Shown here one piece after another: positions 50,901-55,245 of a stretch of 64,000 nucleotides of DNA. The stretch covers positions 268,565 through 332,564 of the forward strand of contig CAZQGO010000001.1 in the NCBI GenBank assembly GCA_964593065.1, read 5' to 3'. The first letter of the stretch is position 1. Each line of letters starts with the position of its first letter. Source of the DNA: an uncultured bacterium (GTDB taxonomy: Bacteria > Oederibacteriota > JAAXVQ01). The notes below the pieces were generated by a model. The model did no database searches and was not told the origin of the DNA. It was given only the letters and a program-made list of their open reading frames with translations. The translations under genes were made by a program, and so were the position numbers.

Positions 50901-53616
50901 GCACGCGTTTCGCATCGAGCTTCCAAAACTGGCAGAAATCCATGCGATGGGCGCAAGACGCACAGTATTGCCGCGCATCGGTCTGAAGGCCCTCTATCTC
51001 GCGGAAATGGCGAGAACGGGATTGCCGGTCCCGGACGGATTCGTGATCCCCCCGGATGTGGATGTGAATGAGCCGCGTGACGGCCAGGCGATCCTGCAAG
51101 CGGCGGCTGCCTTCTTCGCGCGGCATGAGACCTTGATTGTGCGCAGCAGTCCCGAGATCTCCATGCCGGGAATGCTGGAAACCATCGGAAATATCACCAC
51201 CGAGCAGGAGCTCGTGCAAGCCATCCGACAGGTGCGGTTATCCTGGAGCAAACCCGAGGTTGTAGAGTACCGGAAACAGCAAGGACTGCCGATGTACATG
51301 GACCTGCCGGTGATTGTACAGAAGATGGCCGCGGGCGACAAAAATCAACTCTCGGGCAGTGGGGTGTTCTTCACACGCGATCCCGTGAACGGCTCGGCCA
51401 CTCCGGTTTTACGATTCGCGGTGCAGGCCAAGGGCGAAGCGGTGGTCGGCCGGGCCCCGCAAGCGCCTTTATCACAGTTCCCGGAAAGGTTCGCCTGGGC
51501 ATTCGACCGACTTCGGTCCGCGGGCGGACAATTGGAGCGCACGTTCCGCGAAGCCGTGGAGATGGAGTTCGTCATCGAAAACGGCGAACTGTGGATCGTG
51601 CAAGCCAGGCCGGCTGCCATGTCCGCCAACGCCCGGCTTCAGTCCGCTTTGGAAATGAGCGTGGAAGGGCTGGTTGAACCAGCCACACTGGCTGCGGCCG
51701 TGGGCAACGCGATGTATCAGCCCCTGTACCGCGTCGCTCCGAACGCCGAACTGCTGGAACTCGGACGGGGCCTCGGATCCGCACCCGGCGCGGTTCGGGG
51801 CACGGTCGTGACCAGTCTGGCGCAAGCCGAGCAGGCGAGGCGGGAAGGCAAGAAGTGTATCCTCGCGGCGTGGAATCATCCCGAACAAATCCCAAGAGCG
51901 CTTTTGGACGGCATGGTCGTGGGTGTGGTGACAGCAAACGGTCACGAGGCGCTGCACGACAGCGTCCTGGCGCGCTCTCTCGGTATTCCCGTCGTGGATC
52001 AAGTGCGCGGGGGGGAACAGCGGCTGAAACCCGGGACCGAGGTCATCCTGGACGGCACTACGGGCAGGATCTTTGCGGCTCCGGCCGGACCCAATCCGTT
52101 CCTTCTGGACAGTTTCGTGGAGGTAGCTGGCACCCGATTCAGCATCCGGCAGGAACAAAACCTGAACAGGGAACGATATGCAGGACGGAAGGATTATCGT
52201 CCGCTGATCCGGGAACATGCGGCCCTGACGGAGAAATATCTGGTCCGCAGCGAAGGATTTGGAACTCTGGAGATCCTGAAGTTGAGCATTCAAGCCCATG
52301 CGGCGCACGAGCGGATACGCGACTTGGGTAGCCAAGGCCGTAAATACCGGTCACCAGAACGCATCGCAAAAGATATCTCGGCGGCTTATTCCCCTGCGGT
52401 TAAGGCGGCACTGGAAAAGAGGCGCGCCGGATTGCCACCCTTGGGATCCGATGGAAGTCCCGAGTCTGCTGGCGGCGTCCTGCCTTTTGTCAAAGCCCGG
52501 TGGGTGAACCGGGGCAACCCGGACGAAGCCGTGCGGGCCCAGCGCGCGGCGGCCTACGACACCCGCACGGCCTGGTGGCTGGAGAACGGACTTTTGTATG
52601 GCGTGGCGGCTGTGCCGGTGCTGATCGGCATTCTGGGCTTCGGGCTGCCAGCCCTGGCCACGGCCGGGGCGGGCTACGTGCTGGTCTGGGCCCTGTTCGC
52701 GCCTTTGCACTACCTGCGCACCCGGGCCGGCCGTGCGCCGCCGGCCAACCTCCGTGCGGCGTGGGTGATTGCGGGTATCAATTTGGCCTTTGCCCCCGCC
52801 CTGCTTCTAGCGCCCGGATTCCTGCCGGCCATCGTGGGGGCATCCTTGGTCACGCACTGGGGGGTAAACCACTGGCTCGGATCGTCGCGGGCCGATTTTG
52901 GACTTGATTCGGCGCTGCTTCAAACCGGAGTACGCGCGGTGCTCGGCAGAGGTGCCTCCCTGGCCCTGCCCGGCTCAGCGGCGCTGCTTGACAATGCCGG
53001 CGGTGTGGCGTCCGCAATGATCCGGCTGGTGGCCGGAGCTCGGCCCGTGTCCGGCCGTCTCACACTGACGCTTCCAGCGCAAACCTCGCATCCCGGACCG
53101 GGAGTTGCGCTGGCCGTTGCGGTCGGGAGAGCGACCGGAGCCACGCGCCTAGGCGTTCTGAGCCGGCAATGGGCCCTCGGCCGCCAGCCGGAAGCCTACC
53201 TCGCGGCCTGGGGCCGGGCCGCGCAGTACCGCTCCGCGCTGGGCCGCGAGCTGCAAAACGAGAACAGCCAGGTGAGACGCCTGATCCGGCGCGGCGCGGG
53301 GAACGACCTCCGCCAAATGCAGCGGCAACTGCTGACCACGCTGGCGGATATGCTCAGGCAGGAGCCGCCCAGCGAGGAATTGCTGGCCGAAACCCTGGAC
53401 TTCATGCAGGCCTTGGCTCCCATGGCGACGATGACAGCCGGAAGCCTGGGCAACAAAGCCATTCGCCTGCCCCGCTTGCTGTTCGCGCCCGAAATGAGAA
53501 GGGAATTGCGGTTCTGGCTGGACTATTTCCGGAATTTCCCGGACCTCCGGTTGCGGGAGAGACGCGAACTGTCCCCAAGACGCCGAGCCCCGCGCACGGT
53601 CGGCCGCTCGGCCTAA
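38923..53616 (+). CDS. Giant (4,897 aa) multi-pass membrane, multi-enzyme mosaic protein of unknown function
   Basis: A single stop-free frame of 14,694 nt with protein-like composition throughout. Multiple independent catalytic-type motifs are listed as sub-features below. An in-frame stop 33 nt upstream (38890) fixes ATG 38923 as the first ATG. Confidence 0.85.
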   Translation: MPRTCTKNIRSPRNIRNSLLRARRRHAGFALWTKCLSLLLSLSFIFPYLTWAFEPENFPNPPAAEFTPPHKPITIPSEYGIITQSFRGGDRRVVVIQDLHCNFEVQMNIAGILDHLADTQGLRLVGIEGASQPLNVSKLGSFPVPEVKRQVGRYLVRRGEIGGPEYYAATGRHPIRVKGIETRKLYQQSLAEVRSFLNPENQGICYDLREAYEELKGRWYTPALGSLDQLQSRYRQGQLGLRAYVLALQREARKFGAELADAPEMQAILQGAQANLPPSGDREKLDSELDAWVAALRETLYTREEQRSLDLYLGRLDVLEKLMHISASPAEVSAFCAHRPDYAATAFLQGLRQLSPAGTEAQDLEPEILQLDACLERVADFYRLADERSGQCAANLLDRMRRDGADLAVLVAGGFHAAGIQKTLENAGVSYLGVQPRVTDFETDSPYFQLLQNRVTPLEKLLTARQNLLAIPVSSVEVREDAGTQDTAAAILNEDNLEQLAGTQDRQTLQRYRAHLNFIQVLLNGCLVDWLAGQGAGARLFLKYFSLKQDYPADYSGLEFNAAKATSETLKQLAAGQPAVLQLADAGVPFTLVLSPAADSGREAAALASMPLEDGRKLWVMNPAQVEAYRRQWQAASGPGRLLREVTVRMPRSLAVVFAVHLLGRLALAGLALQARGRSIWAGLKTAGPGAAWAGLANTVVNFLTVSGLALRLARLWPTPGRAPSLSGGARKPLMEPHRPLRSSESAALLRLARSRPWPAVENKQINLPGGQPLTLPSYRLVAYTATGRDDPMDLLLARKGNAYHLRDPQSGEQFIFVNQAAMDREEAVEHEEFDLFWTVRLEAEASSPEGLRLPAGFDIQRAAHTLAWGLQIALRGWTRVGQSAFLRHELFFLGESDLRSLARENRRPHAQLRERYLTPLLPPQTLQTIADFETSIRDAYAANDPRDLRNYRQVRKILAQGIRGEIRAMLRGEREEYAADYFLEAMPFLALDDGEEVITLHRLADELYPEILAQFKTDFAKAAKKLARAEYGQAVVADLPTSEQLFALLQVRNEYQFVLIQGAAGRFLLICKGTGELPDALVELTGAGAVVPEVFGLLPLGPYLEAVGHSHPRAAGPSPRDQDNQQSLSETLRDMDLDPSRVGRFVVRIDPRLGHWWLWRFDADTGAYVRHEGQAEVREQLADLGFIQRPLAPAGDDREGVIGAMLEGHRGLYAEMVERVGKIAARRGWGGIFSGLERARTPQDRQAIDRALARLRQAGLPEERIERMRARVFPVTVAESKLGREGSRLGGLIVRHAGEYHVLFPRERLLNPDPEVLGDLLHELVEIELLENGFTLAEAHWQALRLRRLWLEGGEAPGPAVAQAWEELRNPYRWGQFELAFPGILRGILDGRNVSSRTNLATLPEDRLAGIRREFLAALHAAGWHAPPEVQERYENIVHHLLTAAQLRQLTQALGPVTERDLAWVLQRLHTFAVRLDEFGVQPEVAVQLRLLDLLNQLPFSEAQRVQLLATHGLAGPQWDGAVPDAAVTQALRAGKLDEAWERVFGQSRPIAEALPFLKALVEFFRVSLSRMENNYFINLLLDFQNTTGRPLERGTADERRRAAGELTRNTVDGLWIALEVGHYLADRGIRMERFLARGFDGIVFEGRLRGRPVVIKINLPQNGLKPRELLENINHVMSATDGRPDFVQNQELLLIRTVRDQEIVIEVNARVPGIPLWRLLHHPEAYGVGAAAVLDHLRQFLDMHAFLARHGLVNRDAQNLNNIVTRPDGRDQFVDFGNIRPRQPGEETWERRQVLLAMIKILTGQAIRLAESQEGDQGTDIGREQYIALFLKRFGEQHRELAAEIFTLWADAWENPEKPWEELSQSLGELSGRLGESERLASGIVGAALVEGGGPAAPLGLAAAESTRGLRATAETRPTAAPLPGDESLAGGIGIPGAKLPRNILARQAAVAALGYGALAAGLAGVLAALGVGDPQANLAVVASVAGFLSGRAALAGLAEWFIKGRVLRNGPGLIYVTDGRLVIDRRVQVTSFPRRVLAYTAGYICLGLLAVSSLVHEFFHYFLPSETAVYGLEALTVMTVAGFFLNALWITAAGALAVGAVLLVRVGREIRAAMAGTASLAAAPETAETDTETNAATPASFLLEAMGLGRVDQIPGATRLPLSAADESVFATAGLQVARIRLDQQPSSAVLPEGVEILRRELLIRGQQTSVFDLLLSSDGARILAAFPAGDGKQSAPPSAKTGWDYVDFTPYYLSLPNPAGRAAEEAWKNFGFEWERTQALVQAYKNVRFGPAAARLVHAINPRESYVSVAVSRLTGKVTVRPLYIKMGSLPRPRPWTRQLLVPVFPTVYTFNRFLGPDRNFYAKVYAYLKAGTPVTVLGSGSGVDTGLACLKSGRPVVSYDANSLARANVSAMAALNGLDVKVTDQRPRNPIGLVVWNMPAYTPRGLFADKTQKQLKDIWDRDIGGEILRDFARYLAANRVPALIWNESVHQAEIAEIVRAEGLTLRTLGRNVFLLEPGARERAPDMIPANAAPNGAALIRDFALPTDAFQGIRPERLEALAPLLQARLEESRAPAEEFPSILAETSLFLDRAESARARMLAGEALTADDLAARLAIEPAEAAQILDYLGGWDAELTYLKGIHPSQGGKTYFHPLVAPEAVFLTLVIVLAAATGFTAGWMFGALFLAGGFLSVLLSSPWLQRHPKLRKIATGLSGGIQILAGGLLYVTFNPAGLSATGLAVLFMPLLLSRPIHELGHYVIGKFSGLKTLEYSLFRVKIDPRELQRLHLLPKIAFLSAGILAAGLAGILLIALGSVFHLAIISVFGILLTGLALLDFLPAYRGALPLDGLRIYDALASALAEYATQRFLLPLRERRQNRRQPRGPSPEIRTQAVFPLLESLQLTDPKRIPGAKFLDAPPVRGLDVKRLELPPLADPNQPPTGADYLQCQLADPTKGAVRVFDLLYDSRGHLQAVFPVLPETLGPGRAEPVTEKMILDHRLRYLDLSPYWLQVPPLGASGAQARWRAAARAQNRARRAIEAYKQARFPGDLAERLETVPRDFPELDLGFGEETRIVEEELPDIDFLVARVERNTGAVQVKGYALRQLAAADLKPEPGYDYVIAPLYPSVYFPQLAAEQPYYQGISQELDLQPGQRVLVAGPGTGLDVWLAWRQTKNKVYVVGLNPMEIANTRAFAAAAGFEVEAVVGDNIVTADGLPRFAEPFDRVLYNTPFLALGEEEQPTYYEFLEDRWDGDYGGGMLRRFARGLLEVLKPGGQAWIWRSVKHHLQESTACLKTAGRTLDPAVLREGPDLLEVEEKAQGVCRVTRPGADVVDPRPVLAGLLHAAHVRYDLAVRKVVNASQEPKTGLYGGAGADLANFLLSTNARIGYFVARYAGLDVSDLERLADYRGKVNPDYAREKFRKGFASTADVTAKEDILAALAFELEALGVDLDQVRADDDAGHPRIRFEWAYPGAGPETYAVTFLDGDITSLGALDESGRLPAGCPQKLVDVLDGKFDIYYQRAGGQMASGYAQPHNYIHSLYAALSPGGHMITDDYALTGPRRNRVMDFGAQFPLALAEVGLPRAGDLAEDILRVRISLAGVPESLRSLFYTTEKSAPENYYGWHVRIRQKPGATPAASEPGPAGRRGARPAAAPEGPRPLPGTQGPPAEARVAQAGLRALFHGGAFLVLPGLAALLDHAGGLAAAWVRLLTGRRPVSGRLSLTPPPQTRHPGPGVARAIALVTLWALSPGAVYAQGPGGDASVPERFLAVLAASLAFLSILALPFVFMALKERKVKADLLAIEQGAARGDFLPAVKALGQKNETIRGRAREVVAGAGVRALPAMHEMLATRERRIIQTDAFWDSFGRVADQSSIPLLENAYDEMTISARRRFIDDYEISQICRLLHRPWPVHEFELAGRPYTEADYHQDERRLSQLEKRLQATPEQIGTTVGDKPHVDQGGFRTYKTVWESNPEYPAVLRSIRDLQNRMHAFRIELPKLAEIHAMGARRTVLPRIGLKALYLAEMARTGLPVPDGFVIPPDVDVNEPRDGQAILQAAAAFFARHETLIVRSSPEISMPGMLETIGNITTEQELVQAIRQVRLSWSKPEVVEYRKQQGLPMYMDLPVIVQKMAAGDKNQLSGSGVFFTRDPVNGSATPVLRFAVQAKGEAVVGRAPQAPLSQFPERFAWAFDRLRSAGGQLERTFREAVEMEFVIENGELWIVQARPAAMSANARLQSALEMSVEGLVEPATLAAAVGNAMYQPLYRVAPNAELLELGRGLGSAPGAVRGTVVTSLAQAEQARREGKKCILAAWNHPEQIPRALLDGMVVGVVTANGHEALHDSVLARSLGIPVVDQVRGGEQRLKPGTEVILDGTTGRIFAAPAGPNPFLLDSFVEVAGTRFSIRQEQNLNRERYAGRKDYRPLIREHAALTEKYLVRSEGFGTLEILKLSIQAHAAHERIRDLGSQGRKYRSPERIAKDISAAYSPAVKAALEKRRAGLPPLGSDGSPESAGGVLPFVKARWVNRGNPDEAVRAQRAAAYDTRTAWWLENGLLYGVAAVPVLIGILGFGLPALATAGAGYVLVWALFAPLHYLRTRAGRAPPANLRAAWVIAGINLAFAPALLLAPGFLPAIVGASLVTHWGVNHWLGSSRADFGLDSALLQTGVRAVLGRGASLALPGSAALLDNAGGVASAMIRLVAGARPVSGRLTLTLPAQTSHPGPGVALAVAVGRATGATRLGVLSRQWALGRQPEAYLAAWGRAAQYRSALGRELQNENSQVRRLIRRGAGNDLRQMQRQLLTTLADMLRQEPPSEELLAETLDFMQALAPMATMTAGSLGNKAIRLPRLLFAPEMRRELRFWLDYFRNFPDLRLRERRELSPRRRAPRTVGRSA
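39007..39081 (+). other. Giant ORF: N-terminal signal-anchor / TM helix
   Basis: FALWTKCLSLLLSLSFIFPYLTWAF preceded by an Arg-rich segment (LLRARRRH). Confidence 0.6.
39175..40243 (+). other. Giant ORF: TraB/ChaN/Tiki-superfamily-like domain
   Basis: RRVVVIQDLHCNFEVQMNIAGILDHL...LVGIEGAS near the start and DLAVLVAGGFHAAGI near the end. These resemble the paired (GE/D)xH....H and GxxH motifs of the ChaN/TraB/erythromycin-esterase (Tiki) fold. Confidence 0.4.
40880..41075 (+). other. Giant ORF: hydrophobic segment (probably 2 TM helices)
   Basis: LAVVFAVHLLGRLALAGLAL ... WAGLANTVVNFLTVSGLALRLARLW. Confidence 0.4.
42080..42420 (+). other. Giant ORF: JAB/MPN-like metalloprotease motif region
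   Basis: AVGHSHPRAAGPSPRD (His1110, His1112) resembles the JAMM signature HxHx7Sx2D as seen in RadC/prokaryotic JAB (HNHPSGxxxPSxxD), but is one residue shorter between H and S. Confidence 0.3.
43812..44400 (+). other. Giant ORF: protein-kinase-like domain
   Basis: Gly-rich loop LARGFDGIVFEG and VVIK (Lys1658). Catalytic loop HGLVNRDAQNLNN (Asp1758, with Asn at +5). DFG (Asp1777). The order and spacing fit the eukaryotic-like/atypical kinase fold, with HRD changed to NRD. Confidence 0.6.
44755..45255 (+). other. Giant ORF: TM block 1 with membrane-embedded HEFFH motif (degenerate M50-like)
   Basis: Several hydrophobic helices. HEFFH (His2059-His2063) sits inside one of them. I found no downstream xxPLDG motif. 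Confidence 0.45.
45950..46490 (+). other. Giant ORF: HemK/PrmC-like class I SAM methyltransferase domain 1
   Basis: Motif I VTVLGSGSGVDTG and motif IV VVWNMPAY (Asn2442), an NPPY variant. DIGGEILRDF matches the family's dGG.dGl segment. Confidence 0.7.
46885..47510 (+). other. Giant ORF: TM block 2, site-2-protease (peptidase M50)-like domain
   Basis: HELGH (His2757-His2761) lies in a TM helix. A downstream LLDFLPAYRGALPLDG (Asp2851) matches the S2P pair HExxH plus (N/D)xxPxxxLDG. Confidence 0.65.
48291..48775 (+). other. Giant ORF: HemK/PrmC-like class I SAM methyltransferase domain 2
   Basis: Motif I VLVAGPGTGLD and motif IV VLYNTPFL (Asn3231), then DGDYGGGMLRRF and LKPGGQAWIW. It is parallel to domain 1, including the preceding PxVY(F)P segment. 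Confidence 0.7.
48990..49620 (+). other. Giant ORF: third Rossmann/methyltransferase-like segment (weak)
   Basis: LYGGAGADLANF (Gly-rich), FLDGDI, FDIYYQRAGG and LSPGGHMITDDY loosely follow the class I MTase motif order. Confidence 0.3.
49960..50150 (+). repeat. Giant ORF: intragenic direct repeat, copy R1
   Basis: Encodes GLRALFHGGAFLVLPGLAALLDHAGGLAAAWVRLLTGRRPVSGRLSLTPPPQTRHPGPGVARAIA. It shares identical nucleotide blocks with R2: a 22-nt block (50074-50095 = 53041-53062) and an 18-nt block (50121-50138 = 53088-53105). Confidence 0.9.
50320..50600 (+). other. Giant ORF: HEAT/PBS-lyase-like helical repeats (weak)
   Basis: AVKALGQKNETIRGRAREVVAGAGVRALPAMHEML...SSIPLLENAYDE resembles short HEAT-like repeats. 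Confidence 0.3.
50965..51615 (+). other. Giant ORF: pyruvate-phosphate-dikinase-type ATP-grasp (PPDK_N-like) nucleotide-binding domain
   Basis: LYLAEMARTGLPVPDGFVI, IVRSSPEISMPGMLETIGN, RLSWSKPEVVEYRK, SGSGVFFTRDPVNG, KGEAVVGR and VEMEFVIENGELWIVQARPA parallel the conserved blocks of PPDK/PEP synthase N-terminal domains. The helical insert subdomain seems to be missing. Confidence 0.8.
51760..52090 (+). other. Giant ORF: PEP-utilising-enzyme mobile (phosphohistidine swivel) domain
   Basis: GSAPGAVRGTVV...KKCILAAWNHPEQIPRALLDGMVVGVVTANGHEALHDSVLARSLGIPVV...VILDGTTGRIF. His4345 aligns with the catalytic His of GGxTSHAAxxAR. Confidence 0.7.
52560..52880 (+). other. Giant ORF: C-terminal TM cluster
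   Basis: AWWLENGLLYGVAAVPVLIGILGFGLPALATAGAGYVLVWALFAPL ... AAWVIAGINLAFAPALLLAPGFLPAIVGASLV. Confidence 0.5.
52927..53117 (+). repeat. Giant ORF: intragenic direct repeat, copy R2
   Basis: Encodes GVRAVLGRGASLALPGSAALLDNAGGVASAMIRLVAGARPVSGRLTLTLPAQTSHPGPGVALAVA. 43 of 65 residues are identical to R1 by hand alignment. The offset is exactly 2,967 nt (989 codons). Confidence 0.9.
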
Positions 53617-53721
53617 TCCGAGGCGCCAAGAGAGAGAAAATTGTATATAATATGTAAACGGCGGAATCAGGCGGCACCAGCGCCTCCGGTTCCGACTTCC
53701 AGTATTGGCGAGGGTCATTCC

Positions 53722-54513
53722 ATGCCCGCTCAGGGGACGGAAAGGGAAGCAGCGCTGATCTTGCAGGCTGCCGACCTGCTGCGCAGGAGCCGGCATATTC
53801 TCTTTATCACCGGGGCCGGACTTTCCGCGGATTCCGGGCTGCCGACCTACCGGGGAATCGGCGGCCTGTATGAACAGGAAGCCGCCGAGGAGGGCCTCCC
53901 CATCGAGGAAGCGCTGTCCGGGCACATGCTCCAGGCCCGGCCGGAAATTTCGTGGAAATACCTGTTGCAGATGGAGCAGGCTTGCCGGGGAGCCGCCTGC
54001 AACCGCGGGCACGAGGTCATCGCCCTCATCGAAAAGGAGCGCGAACGCGTCTGGGTACTCACGCAGAACATCGACGGATTTCACCAGGCCGCGGGTTCCC
54101 AACAAGTGATCGACATTCACGGCGACATCCACGATCTGCAGTGCACCCGCTGCGATTTTCGGAAACGGGTGCCGGACTTTGAAGATTGGGTCTCCCTCCC
54201 GCCTGCCTGCCCGGCCTGCGGAGCAGTCTTGCGGCCCCGGGTCGTGCTTTTCGGAGAACGGCTTCCCGAGGACAAGGTCGACACCCTCCAGGCCGAACTG
54301 TCCCGGGGGTTCGACCTGATTTTTACCATCGGCACGACCAGCGTCCTTCCTTATATTGCCTGGCCGGTATTGACCGCCAAGCGGCTGGGGATCCCGACCG
54401 TGGAGATCAATCCCGGAACCTCCGCGGTTTCCGGGGCGGTGGACCTCCGCCTTCCCCTGGGCGCGGCCTGGGCCCTGGATGCCGTCTGGAAAGCCAGCCA
54501 TGGAAAAAATTAG
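53722..54513 (+). CDS. cobB: NAD-dependent protein deacylase, Sir2/CobB family
   Basis: [22 protein letters not shown] (catalytic His) and Zn ribbon CTRCDF...CPACG. About 263 aa, the canonical short sirtuin size. Confidence 0.9.
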   Translation: MPAQGTEREAALILQAADLLRRSRHILFITGAGLSADSGLPTYRGIGGLYEQEAAEEGLPIEEALSGHMLQARPEISWKYLLQMEQACRGAACNRGHEVIALIEKERERVWVLTQNIDGFHQAAGSQQVIDIHGDIHDLQCTRCDFRKRVPDFEDWVSLPPACPACGAVLRPRVVLFGERLPEDKVDTLQAELSRGFDLIFTIGTTSVLPYIAWPVLTAKRLGIPTVEINPGTSAVSGAVDLRLPLGAAWALDAVWKASHGKN

Positions 54514-55231
54514 GCTGTCCAAGCTCATGGCGCACCGGGGCCTGTGTTCCCGCCGCGAGGCGGATGCGTTCATCGAGCAGGGGTTGGTCTATGTGGACGG
54601 AGAACGCGTGTCCACCCTGGGCACGAAGGTGGATCCGCAGCAGGAGATCCGGCTGGCCGACCGGGGCGCGTCGCGGCAGGAACAAAAGATCACCATCCTG
54701 CTGAACAAGCCCGTAGGCTTCGTTTCCGGGCAGCCTGAAAAAAATTATCCGGCGGCCCTGTCCCTGCTCGTGCCGGCCAACCGCTTTCCCCGAGACCGGA
54801 ATCCCCTGCGCTTCCGGCCTGCCCACCTGCAGGGCCTGGCGCCCGCCGGCCGCCTGGACATCGATTCCGAAGGCCTGCTGGTTTTCACCCAGGACGGGCG
54901 AGTGGCGCGCAGGCTGATCGGCCCGGACTCGGCGGTCGAGAAGGAATACTTGGTCCGCACGGCGGGAACGGTGACCGCCTCCATTTTGGGCCGTCTCGCT
55001 CACGGACTGTCCCTGGACGGGAAGCCGCTGAAACCAGCGCGCGTGGCGCGCTTGAACGAGGCCCAGCTGCAATTTGTATTGACGGAAGGGCGCAAGCGCC
55101 AGATCCGGCGCATGTGCGAACTGGCGGGCCTGAAGGTCCTGACCCTGAAACGCGTGCGCATCGGGGAGGTGCGCCTGGAAAACCTGCCCTCTGGGCTGTG
55201 GCGTTATTTACGGCCGGAGGAAAAATTCTGA
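54500..55231 (+). CDS. Pseudouridine synthase, RsuA/RluB/E/F family
   Basis: S4 domain ([34 protein letters not shown]), catalytic [14 protein letters not shown] and KRQIRRM. It overlaps the cobB end by 14 nt. Confidence 0.9.
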   Translation: MEKIRLSKLMAHRGLCSRREADAFIEQGLVYVDGERVSTLGTKVDPQQEIRLADRGASRQEQKITILLNKPVGFVSGQPEKNYPAALSLLVPANRFPRDRNPLRFRPAHLQGLAPAGRLDIDSEGLLVFTQDGRVARRLIGPDSAVEKEYLVRTAGTVTASILGRLAHGLSLDGKPLKPARVARLNEAQLQFVLTEGRKRQIRRMCELAGLKVLTLKRVRIGEVRLENLPSGLWRYLRPEEKF

Positions 55232-55245
55232 AAGCGAGCGGAGGG

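Noticed and set aside
38923-53616. Classifying the giant ORF as an adhesin/RTX toxin or NRPS/PKS megasynthase
   Set aside because: It has no tandem Ig/cadherin/RTX nonapeptide repeats and no condensation, adenylation, ketosynthase or carrier-protein (GGxS) motif series. The content is heterogeneous enzyme domains and TM blocks.
53722-54513. Sir2 as an anti-phage defence effector (Thoeris/DSR-like)
   Set aside because: It is a short canonical CobB-type sirtuin with a Zn ribbon and no extra N- or C-terminal sensor domain. No ThsB/TIR or other partner gene is adjacent.
53149-54573. 474-aa minus-strand ORF
   Set aside because: It is antisense to the tail of the giant ORF and to the entire canonical Sir2 gene.
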